From positions 49,104,001 to 49,168,000 of the forward strand of contig CM060734.1 in NCBI GenBank assembly GCA_030704615.1: a stretch of 64,000 nucleotides of DNA, in the 5' to 3' direction. Positions 1-10,600 of the stretch are shown piece after piece; within the stretch, counting starts at the first letter, position 1, and every line of letters starts with the position of its first letter. The stretch is from Takakia lepidozioides. Taxonomy: Eukaryota > Plantae > Bryophyta. The position numbers and the translations under genes are program-made. Below the pieces are notes generated by a model. It was not told where the DNA came from. It saw only the letters and a program-made list of their open reading frames with translations, and made no database searches.

Positions 1-2330
1 TATTTTGGCCCTCTCCCCAACCTCCGCTATCTCTTGCTGCAAAAACCAATCCAAAATCAGATAGAAGAATAATTTGAATTGTACTAGAATATGGAAGTGC
101 TAGGTGATGATATACTACCGTGTACATGTATTCCATGAATGCTCCCCTTGTCAGCTTGTACCATGTGTCCGAAGTTTTGGAGGTCTGGCATTTCGCAAAG
201 GTTTCTAGACTGAGGATGCTCTTGAATGTGCTGAGGGGCATTTGGCCAATATTCTGGATCCTGAACAGGGTGTGTACCAGGTTTGTTGTAACATGGGCGG
301 TTTCAGTTCCCCTGCCACAAGCAGTGGTATGTCATGACATGTCCGATTTGACTCCCAAACACATGAGGGAAAGAACCGAGTTATTTCAGGAAAGACACAT
401 ACTTGTTCACGTCATGCATTGTTGTCAAGAGCGCAGTGATGTTTCCCTTGGGATCCAGCACCATGGAGGCCACACAATAGTGCCACTCCTCCTCAGTGCT
501 ATGATACCTCGATATCATGTTCTGCCAGGCTAGCAATCGGTGGTTGCCATCCCAGACATGGAACATCTTGCCCGAGAAAGCCTGTGTAACAAGCCTCTTG
601 CAAATGCTTGATTCAAACTCCTCGTTGATACGTCGCCAAATTGGATCCCAGCCTCCAACAATGGTCTCGTCTACTAAAACTTCCCTGCCATTGGCGTCGC
701 CCAACAAGACGTAAAACACAGACTGACCCTCTATGTAGCCATGGCAAAAATCCTGTTCCAGCTTAGCAATGTCATTCGTGAGTGCTGGTCGGATGAACGG
801 CATGGAGATCAACTTGCACAGTGGGATCATTAATTTACCCCCAGGAACGCCCATGGCCTTGATGACTTGGGCAGAGTTCACTTTCGAGAACGACAACAGA
901 TCTTTTGCCCCGTTCTGGTATGGCCTGCCATCGTCTTCCTCCTCTACAACAAGAAGTTCGTGCTCTTCATCGTCATCCATCTCCAGGGGAACACCTCTCC
1001 TTTTCTTCGCCTGCATTGAAATAGAAAAATTCTCCATGTAAAAGCAATGTCACAAATTGAGTGCGTTGATGCACCCATTTATGATGCCTCTACAGACTAT
1101 GCATGTGCATTGTTTTCAGAAATGAGAGACCCATACGCAAGAGACTGTGCTTAAGTACTAACCCAGAGATTGCGTGCGTCAACGCACATAATTTCGGTGG
1201 GTTCTCTGAAGTGTCTCTCGTGGATTTAAGACGATCTTCTTGTGCTCACCCATTCGACCTTTCAGATCTGTTTAGAGCTCTGGATGTCCATAACAGCACC
1301 CTCTGAAATTGAGTGCGTTGACGCACGCATTTCTGAAGCCTCTACAGACTGTACATCCTCTTTTCAACTTCAAGATGCGCATGTGCATTGATCTCAAAAA
1401 TGACAGACCGATACTTAGGAGAATGTTCTTCAGAGAACCCATGGAAATTGCATGCGTTAACGCACACAGTTTCGGAGGGTGCAATGAAGAGTTTCTCGTC
1501 AGATCTGTTTAGAGCTCTACGTGTCCCTAAGAGCACCCTCCAAAATTGTGTGCGTTGACGCACGCAATTTATGGGGTTTCTTTTAGGGACATTCAGAGAT
1601 TTCTGTAGCTGATATCAGTAAACGAATAATGCAGCCCATCTCCCTCTATTGATGGCTCCATTTAGAGATGCTGAGTGCAGAAAGTGGCTTTGAGAGTACC
1701 TCCAGAAACTGCGTGCGTTGACGCACGCAATTTTCAGGAGGTGCTCTCAAAGGCCCTGCTATATAGCCCACGTTGATGTCCGTCACTCCACTCTGAAGTG
1801 GAAAAGGACAATAATGCAGGGCATGAAATTGCATGCGTCAGCGCATGCAATTTCATGCCCTTCAAACTGCAGCAGAATACAGGAAGGAAGATCATAACCT
1901 GCGGTGCTTTCGGGGGGGGGCACTCCCTGAAGCCTTGGTTGCAGCGGCAATGGAGGTCTGCGCAGCCTGCTTCCTCTTCGGAGTCGCCTCCTTCTCAACA
2001 ACACTCAGACCCTTTGGCATGGGCTCCTTAGCAACAGCGTCGGGCTCCTCTGTGTCCATATCCTCTGTGTCGTTATCTGATGGTATTTCATCCCCTCTTT
2101 CGGCAGCTCCGACCACCTGGTCCTGCGCCATCATGTGTTCTGCTTCCAGGGCCGAACTCTCCTCTGTTATCTCTTGCAGCGTCAACTCGAGCTTCCGACC
2201 TCTCATTCTCTCTCTCGCCCTCTTCCTCTCTCGCGCTGAGGTGAAAAAAAAAGACTGCCTTCTACGCCTGCCGCTCTCTCGGTGGGAACTGAGTCTCCTA
2301 CTAGTCTCCAGTTTGAAAATGAGGGTCTGC
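1..2330 (-). CDS. Spliced ParB/sulfiredoxin-like domain gene (TE accessory gene); 3' end runs off the window; one probable homopolymer frameshift
   Basis: Exons ~2330-1899, 1010-403, 311-119 and 36-<1 have GT/AG boundaries. The last three join in frame: ...IPLCKLISMPFIRP...FHVWDGNHRLLAW...MHDVNK|GTETAHVTTNLVHTLFRIQNIG...MEYMYT|QEIAEVGERAKI. DGNHR resembles the ParB/Srx GxxR motif. The first exon joins in frame only if the G9 run at 1912-1920 were G10. The start codon is uncertain. Confidence 0.65.
1054..1860. repeat. Array of seven ~28-42 bp palindromes in the intron of the ParB-like gene
   Basis: Copies at ~1054, 1166, 1305, 1444, 1543, 1705 and 1819; consensus AAATTGCGTGCGT(TG/CA)ACGCACGCAATTT. 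The last copy has perfect 19-bp arms (GGGCATGAAATTGCATGCG-TCAG-CGCATGCAATTTCATGCCC, 1819-1860). 1054-1305 and 1305-1543 are diverged tandem units. Confidence 0.92.
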
Positions 2331-2822
2331 TAGGCCCAAAAACGTTGTGCGAGGGGATGCAGGCAGGGCAACGCTCGCGACGGTTATGCATGGGTTCACC
2401 TCACACATGTCCACATAGCACAGAAACATTTGTGCATTTGGCACTGGACGCCGTCACCTCTTGTGTCCGTATGGCCATACCCTGGATTCGATGTCCATAC
2501 ATGTGCAAGTTGATTTTTGCATTCCGGCGGTTCAGAACTTCTCATTGGTTCTGCACCCATTCTGGCAGCCGTGCTATGAATGCAATGTCTGGGCCCACGT
2601 GCCTGGAAACATTACATATCCCAGATTTTCCGGCTTAGCCGTCTTTTGCAGTGGGTGTGGGCAGGCACATAACTGTTTCACATCTGTTTTAGCAACTGTT
2701 TACACAACTGTTCTTCAAGGACCCTTTAACTGTTTGTCATGAATTGATGAAAGATATCTACGGGAGTCGTGGGCCTCTCCACTTTCGAGCTTCATCTACC
2801 TCGGAATTAGTCGTCCTCCACC

Positions 2823-5800
2823 ATGGGTTCGGCTGAAGCGGAGTTTTACTCTACGGAGAAGCCTGTCCCTTTCTCGAAGGATGCTGATTCCAATGGTTAC
2901 GCAATTGCACAGGAGCATCTCCTGGCAACGCGTTTCGAGTACCAGATTGGCACTATTTTCCTCGAAAAAGAGGTCTACGATGTGCATGGGAAGTTGATCA
3001 AGTACTCATTTCAGAAACCGGATGATAATTCTCTTGTGAGTCAGTGGAGAGTGCCTCCAGGAAGATACAGGGTCGTCGGAGCTCCTCGGCGGCAGTCCAG
3101 TGGTTCGTATGTCTCCCCTGGAACAACTGGTTCTGTTGCTCAAGAGAAAATGAATATCGTCATGAAGACGGAGACCACTACTTCCACCCCAATAGTTGAG
3201 CTCTCAGACTCCTCCTCCGAGGACATTCCCAACATCCCAATTTATGTGCGAACACCGCCTGTCGTCAAACCGGAAGTGACACACCCCATCAGTGTCATTC
3301 CTAAACTGAAGTCAATGGGAGGAATGCCCGGTTTCTAGAGTGCGGGGGATTGACTGGGAGACAGTCCCTATTGAGTGTGTGGAGTTCCTGCCGAATGCTT
3401 ATGATGGGGATGTCGTCTTCGAGCTACCTCCACCTGGGTAGGATGGACCCGTCACTAGCCTCAGGAATGGACAAGAGAGGAGATGGACACCCGTGGTGCA
3501 GAACGAAGACATCCAATATTCAAAATCATCACAACCTCGTCTTCCGGAGAAGTCTGTGCAATGGGCACCTCATGTGCGAGAATTTGAATTGTAGGCATTT
3601 CCAACGGTTCAAGGTTCACAACCAGTGCGAGTGGGAGGGTGTTGCCGAAAATCCATTCAAACCCGGTGAGGCACCTCCAAGTTCCAACACTTTCGTTTGC
3701 AAGTTCTGCAAACAAGCGCCTTCCTGTCTGGCAGTGTGTGCGGCACGCAAGTACTATGTTGTTCACTGTTTGAAAAACATGACTAGAGCCTGTGTACATT
3801 TCGGATTCCACAACCATCCTGTGGCGAAGGGGGATTGCAGGGAGAGCGTTCAAACAGTGTCCAAGTTGATAAGACAGGAGTATGAGAGCAATCCAATAGC
3901 CACCACCTCCGCAATTGTGCTTGGAGCAAGCAAGAGTTTCCTGGAAAGCCATATTCTGAGTGTAGGGGACTCTGTGGGCAGGAAGCTGGACAGGCATGCC
4001 TTGGACAATGTTATGGATCACTTCTCAACCTTGAGCTCACCGAACATTAGAAACCAGGTGAATGCATTGAGGATGGGCTCTACAAACAGAGGGTATATTG
4101 ATAACATTTTGGAATTGAAATCTCGGATCATGTACGACTACATTCAAGACAGCGTGTTCCCAGGTCAAGGATCCAACAAAGTGTACAATTTCAAAATGTC
4201 GACAGCAGGGGAGGGCAGCGGAGTGAGCCTTGTCAAGCGCATGCAAAAAGATGGCGATTTGCAGAACTGTTTCCTTATGTTTGATCACGTCAAACGAGTG
4301 AAAGACTGGACAACAATGGCGTGCCATGTTTACGATCCTTTCTACCAGCGAGTCATGTCTATTGTAGTGTGTGACATGCAATCGGAGGATGCGGAGTCGC
4401 AGCAGCTTATGTGGAGATGTCTCATTCACGTGATGACATCCCATGGTGTGCCATCCCCAAATTTCGCTGGTTTTATGGCCGACAGTGCTCAAGCGAATTT
4501 CAATGCTGTTCGCAGTGTGTTCGGCTCAGGAGATCCAAAAGTGCCAATGCCAGGAAGAGAGCGAACATGTCTTTTCCATTGGACGCAGTCCCTTGAGAAA
4601 CATACCAAGGCAGACATCAGACCGGACATGCGGACCACTCATCTTAAACTATGCAAACAGTACAAAGATGCCAAAAGCATGGCGGAGGTGAATACTTTGT
4701 TCCAGTCGATTCGTGCCTGGTGGTTCTCATCTGGGGGTGTATCAGAAGACAATATGAGAGCGCTGGAAGACTGGCTAGCATTTTGGCACTTCCGGTATAG
4801 ACAATGGGGAGCATGCATGACAACGGTACCTGAATTTCAGATCATGTATTCTCATTGGCTTTTTATGCATTTCCAATCATGTCTGTTGTCATGGGGTGTA
4901 CCTGTCTGTCCTGATGTGTGTTTTCCCTTTTCTGCAGCACTTGTCAATTGAGGAGATGGCGGACATGCCCTCTTGCAATCTAGCGGAGACAGTGCACAAT
5001 GCATGGTTGCATCAGTCTGGAAAGCGGGGGCGGGATTTGTATCTGGCAACGGTAGATGATCTCATCCGAGCTCTGCAACAACAAACGAGATATCACGATT
5101 TCTTGAGGGGTGGCGTTGGTGGCAAAGGCCCTGACAAGTCTGAGTTGATGTTGCGAGCTGCAAAAAAATCGGGGGATCCAAACAAAATTGCCAGAGCTGT
5201 CAGCATGTGTGCGGAGGGAACTCCTCTGGTGTCCAGAGTTCCCCATCTAGAGGGCGAGGAGAGATTCGGGTCCTGTAAACGGAAATTGAACACCCCTCCT
5301 GGGTCGGATGCAGACTTGTACAGGGCGGACATGGACAACTTCTCCATTCCGCGTGTTCCATTACATGAGAGGTTCGTCTCTGGAATATCCAGTGCGGAGC
5401 AACGTTTCTCACAAAGTACGCCAACATCTCCCACTCTCAATCAGTCGAACTTGCTCTCGCCTGTGGTGGAGTCCACCTGCTCCAACGAAGTGTGGCATAT
5501 AGAACGCATAAGAGCTGGGTCTCGAGTGAAGTGCTCCGCAATCAGAGCCACCAATCGTGAGAAGTGCAAGTCCTTCATATCCAGAGGCAGTGCCTGCACT
5601 CCAACACCGACCTTCAACGGTTTGTTCCAGCCTTATGGGCAGCCAGAGGCGAAAAACCATAAATTTTGGTTCTGCGCTGATGACTGTGGTAGGTGCGTGC
5701 GTAGGACCGTGTGACCATCAGTGGTCATGAAGCCTCCTCCACCGATCGTTTGGCCAGTCAAGGTGGGGACACATCTCACAAGTCAGGAGATTGCAATGTT

Positions 5801-6250
5801 GGAGGAGGCAGGGTCTCCCTTCAGCGAGAAGCCTTTGTGCGTGCAAGTGCTTCCACTTCAGGAAGTTCTAGAGTGCCACCAGCCAACCCAGATGCATGCC
5901 CGACCTTAAAGAAATGGGAAGGTAGTACGTCGTTTCCCTCCAACTGTCGAGCACTTCGGCAAGGTGGAATCTGCTCGAATGCTTCTAGGACGTGTTGCAG
6001 GCACTACGGAAGTTGCAGATCCCGGGTATGGTCGGATCTACACTATGATGACCTCTACATCTGCTATCCATGACTGATTCTACGACATCACAGTTTCAAA
6101 TTTCCCCAACTGCACCTGTCCTGATTTTGTTGGCATGCTTTCAACAAGTTTGGGAAAGAGAGGCAAATTTGTACCCTGCAAGCATCTTTATTTTATCTTC
6201 TTGAACATAATGACTTGTGATCCCAAACGCGACATCTTCATTCACTAGAC
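2823..6250 (+). pseudogene. MULE/Mutator-family transposase pseudogene (GCM/WRKY-like Zn domain, DDE core, C-terminal SWIM finger)
   Basis: Motifs DGHPW...RSLCNGHLMCENLNC...CKFC...RACVHFGFHNHP; LMFDHVKRV; FMADSAQA; CLFHW (CxxH); after a phase-0 intron (4826-4937) PSCNLAETVHNAW; SWIM YDITV..PNCTCPDF...PCKHLYFIF (~6080-6205). Frameshifts near 3340 and 3440; in-frame stops at 5712, 5907, 6075 and 6246. Confidence 0.88.
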
Positions 6251-6469
6251 CACAAAGTGGAGAGACGCGAAAGACGCAAGAGGAGGAAGAGACGACAACC
6301 CCAACGTAACGGCTCACTGCTAAGTGTGACAGGAGCACGCGTGCGCCGAGGCCATGCACACGTGCGGAAGAGGCCCTGGACATTGTACAGGCGGCCGCGG
6401 CCCATTGGACTGCCGCCGAAACATCAAATGTTCCGGCGGCACAATAATGGCCACCGTCAAGGTCTTCTA

Positions 6470-6845
6470 TGGTCTGCCCTAAGTCCTTCTACCTTGCCGG
6501 TCTGCCGTCGGTCTGTTGCGAGGGTCTGCCAATCGGGTCTGCCAGTCGGGTCCGTCAAACGGGTCAGACATATGGGTCCGCCGTACGATATGCCGAACGG
6601 GTTTGTCAAAAGGGTCTGCCGTGCAGGTCTGTGGCACTGGTCTGTCGCATATGTCTGGCAAAGATTGTCTGCCATCGGGGTCTGCCCAGAGTTTTCCAGG
6701 CTGGTTTGTTGGTTCGGTCTTCTCGTCTGGACTGGCATGGTGCACTCTTCTCTTCTCCTGCTCTGCCCATCTGGTCTGTGCTCTGTTTGCATTGTGTCCC
6801 CACCCGTTTCACTATTTCAATGGTCCCCGGGCTGGGTCTGTGCAT
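6470..6845 (+). repeat. Dense cluster of GGTCTG-like motifs
   Basis: Roughly 20 perfect or near-perfect (G)GGTCTG copies in one orientation, spaced about 10-25 bp apart. Confidence 0.75.
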
Positions 6846-7442
6846 CCCTGCACTGTCATGGTAACATTTGGAAGGTCCACTGGTTTGGTGTGCAAAAAAT
6901 TCCGCCACACATGCCCATTTCGTCCTGCATCGATGGGTCCACCTGCAAACAACATCCAAGAGACGGAACTCGGGAGAAAATCTGAATTTTATACAGCCAG
7001 CCATGCACATATGCTTCCGCCATTTTTGCAATGCCATTCTACACATGCTATATGGAGGACAAGCCTCGAACAAGACAGTGTGACAAGGGAAAGGCCGATT
7101 CTCAATTGATGTCTGGTAAAATGAGTCATACTTGTTAGCAAAGACCTAAATACTTCCATTCAAGTTTGCACTGTAAACTCAATGTAAACAAGGACGTCTT
7201 CCCCGCGCTCAAACAGTCCCACGAATAGGCGAACAACAAAGCAAAAATAGTAGAAGCATATGAACAAAGGAGGCTGTGGCTTGAAACGATGGACTCCGAC
7301 GTTGCCACGAGAGTCCATGGAGTCATGCAAATGGATTCTTCACAACTGGGCGAGTCTATTGGTTCTAAACGGTCAAACAACAAACTGCAGCAAGCAACAA
7401 CGACACATGATAGACAATAGAGAAAATAGAAAAGAGCAAAGG

Positions 7443-7660
7443 GGGTCTGAGGAGATCGGCGAGTGCCATGGCATGCCCTAAATCCGGACGGTCTGGATAA
7501 AATTGGATCTGGACGGGCAGATGCGCGCCACATAGGTCTGGGTCTGATGTGCCGGTCTGGGGTGGTCTGCCGGACGACATGCGCCACCAGCGGGCAGACC
7601 AAGCTTGGGCAGACCCCAACTTGGGTAGACCCACCGGGGACCCGATGGCGGGCGGACCCA
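7443..7660. repeat. Second GGTCTG/CAGACC motif cluster near the putative element end
   Basis: GGTCTG copies (7445-7570) followed by inverted CAGACC/GACCC copies (7595-7660). Confidence 0.65.
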
Positions 7661-10600
7661 ACGGCGACCGCGGGCGGGCTGGGCGGCTGCGGGGCTGCCG
7701 ACCGCGTTGCGCGGCTGGTAGGTGGGGGTGGGCGGGGTGGCAGGGCGGGGGAGGTCAACCCCGCGTCCGTGCGGCCGTGCGCGCTCTGTCCCACACGCGC
7801 GACATAAACTCCCAATTATTCAAAAATGAGTGGCCTCCAACTACCTCACCCCATCATTGGCGGGCCTGTAGATTTGTCACACATGATTTTACTTCTCACT
7901 GTGAGATTCCAATGATAGCTGGCAAGTGGCCCTAGTTATGGGACCAGATATTGCAAAGAAAACCATACGAAGATATAAAATCTACAAACCAAGAGTTAAG
8001 GCACATAAAGTTCCCTGGATGAATCATCTGACCACTTGTGTATATATGAGTGTCATACTCTCTCTCGTGGTTGAAGGGTCTTTGAATGCATCGATTTCTA
8101 TATTATAAAGGTTTGGAACAGACACCAGGGAATTCACAAAGCAGACTCTGAATCAACATATTTCTCTCTATTTGCAGGGATGACATGAGAGACATGTACT
8201 TGATGGATTTGGTGTTGTTGTTGAAGCAATGTATTCAAACATGTCCCAAGACCCAAACTGTGATGCGTGTGCTTGTGCACAACTCTCATTGAAACTATGG
8301 ATTGCATGTCAAGCGACTTTGTGTGGACACCTGCAAAATAAGTGGGCTAAGACAACACCAAGATTTGGATAGACAACTCTCATTGCATCTGAACTAAGAC
8401 CTGTGAATGGCTTTAGGAGAGAAATCGGACCCAAGGCCACTAGTATTATTTTCGGGAACCTATGGTTAATACAAAGTCAAAGATTCACATTGACAAATCA
8501 ACTCTCAACTAATACAACAGTTTCATGTTGTCATGAAGTGAAACAAGAGTGAAACATGTTACCTTGAGGAGCCCCTAGAATCGGCAGTGAAGTAATTACC
8601 CATTTCAATCTTCACACATGTTGATTCCTGAATCAAATAAGTGGGCTGCCTGTTGTGAGAGCCATTAAGATCCAGCAACAGGACTGTGACTTGTATCGAT
8701 TCTCTTGATGTCGATAAGTGGTTTCCTGTTTATGTCAACAAGTGGCTGTTCTAAAAGCCTCTCACTGTTCTCTCTCTCTCTCTCGAGGAAGGGGGGGAGG
8801 GAGGGGGAGATGACTGTTGCACAAAAGAATTTTATGTTGAAAACCAGAAATGTTTGGGAGCCTATCTTCCGAGGCGGTCGATCTTCATGCAAGGCCCACC
8901 CCCGAAAGGTGGCAGTACTTGCAAGTCTTATTTCTGCTAACTCAGTTTGGAGGTTTGTTGGAGGTTTGCCAAACTCTACATGACCAATGACCAATTAAAA
9001 AAAAATGCGGTATGTGTTATTGCTTCATGTTAGATCCACCTCAAAATAGTGAGATTTTTCCGTGATCAACACAAAATAATTGCGGTATCTCGTACTGTGT
9101 CTCTGTAGTATTGTACTACCATGGCCATTACTGAAATGGTGACCTGTTGCATGTTCATTGCGCAAGTCCACAGATGAAGAACAAGAAAGAGATAGAGACC
9201 CATGAAGAGAATGTACTCATAAGACGTTATTTGCCGTAGCCTTGTGGCCATTGAACCTTGAAGAGAGAAAAACCATGAGACCTAACAGCAGCGTGAAGAG
9301 CTCTAGAACCTCAAGAACAACACAAAGAAGGTAAACTTCAAGAGAAAAACTTGTCGGCCTACACAGGCGCGGAGCCTGGACTATGCGACGTATAAAACAT
9401 TAAATCCCCAAGGCTGACAACTACATTTATGGAAAGACTGGTTGCGGAGCAAAATCCTTAGTGGATTATCTTCCACATAGAAGAGATGGGAATAAAATTG
9501 AGAGACAAAAAACTTTCATGTCACCAAGTTTTCTTTCCACAATCTTTGAATCTTCTCAGGACTACATTTCTCCTCCATAGACTGAGAACTCTTGAATTCC
9601 TAGCTGCAATTGTTTCTGTCACCCATCGAGGCGATTGTAGAAAAATAAATTGTTTGATATGTCATTCATTGGAGAATATGCACAAAACCCATCATGTGCT
9701 TTGTGCCCTTATCCCATCGTAATAAAATTAAACAATTTAATGTTGTGTTGTTTGCCATTGTAATGCTTGACAATTTTCCTATGGCCTCAAAAGAATGTGA
9801 GGCACAAATATTATCTAAGCCCAACATGAATACATGATCTATCTCGTTGATGATCTTCCACAATAATTATGAATCTTTGCGATCTTTCCAGTTGAGATTT
9901 GATGCCAGATTTTTGAGGGTATCATTCTGACCGACAATATCCCAACCATATGGGAATTTGCTTAACCAACAGTCCTCTGATCACTTGAAAATTGAAAATA
10001 ACGAGAGGTTAATTGACGTAATCGCAAAATAGAGAGAGCAAGATGAATCTTAATTTTGAGCCCACTAAGATGCAAATGTTTTCTGTACTCTTTTATCGTG
10101 GTGTTTTGCTCTCTATCTTTTTTTCCTACTATGATATTTTGTGTACCGAAAAAAGACTCGTGCGGAAGTAATGATGTCACTTTATCCTAAATGGCTCATA
10201 CTGCCTTCTGTTTGAACAGTTGTGTTCGAAGAGAAAGTTGTCATCAAGGCCTTTTGCGTTGTTATTTTCTACTTCTTTTTCAATGCATTTCCGATTCCCT
10301 TGTTCCACCAAAAAATAAAATTTTGCACATGAGACATTTCAAGCAAAAACATGGATGACCTCTTATAACGTGTTTGTAGAATGACAGCTATTATACTAAT
10401 TTGCAGCAAATGTTCCAAAGAATCTATTTAGTACACCTTCAAATCGTCACATATTGGTCATGGACAATTGCATCCCACATTCATATGATACCCATTGAGA
10501 GAGAGAAATTTGCTTAAGAATTTAGATGTTTTGACGATATTGCCCTCATATACTAGCCACAAATTATAATCTCTATATATTTCCATTTTTGTTCCATTTA

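Larger units (their letters stand above)
1..7852. mobile_element. Mutator-like (MULE) DNA transposon with two divergent genes (transposase + ParB-like accessory gene); left end outside window, right end tentative
   Basis: MULE DDE transposase with SWIM finger at 2823-6250 and a divergent spliced gene at <1-~2330. Internal palindrome array and GGTCTG motif clusters at 6470-6845 and 7443-7660. GC-rich sequence stops at ...CTACCTCACCCC (7852), a candidate GGGG-type terminus. No TSD can be checked. Confidence 0.7.

Noticed and set aside
1054-1860. CRISPR array interpretation of the spaced palindromes
   Set aside because: Spacers are long, uneven and partly duplicates of each other. Repeat orientation alternates, no cas genes are present, and the context is a eukaryotic intron.
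6257-7815. Long ORFs 6257-6985, 6516-7109 and 7135-7815 as genes
   Set aside because: They overlap GC-rich motif clusters that are open in several frames, and they contain no recognisable domain.
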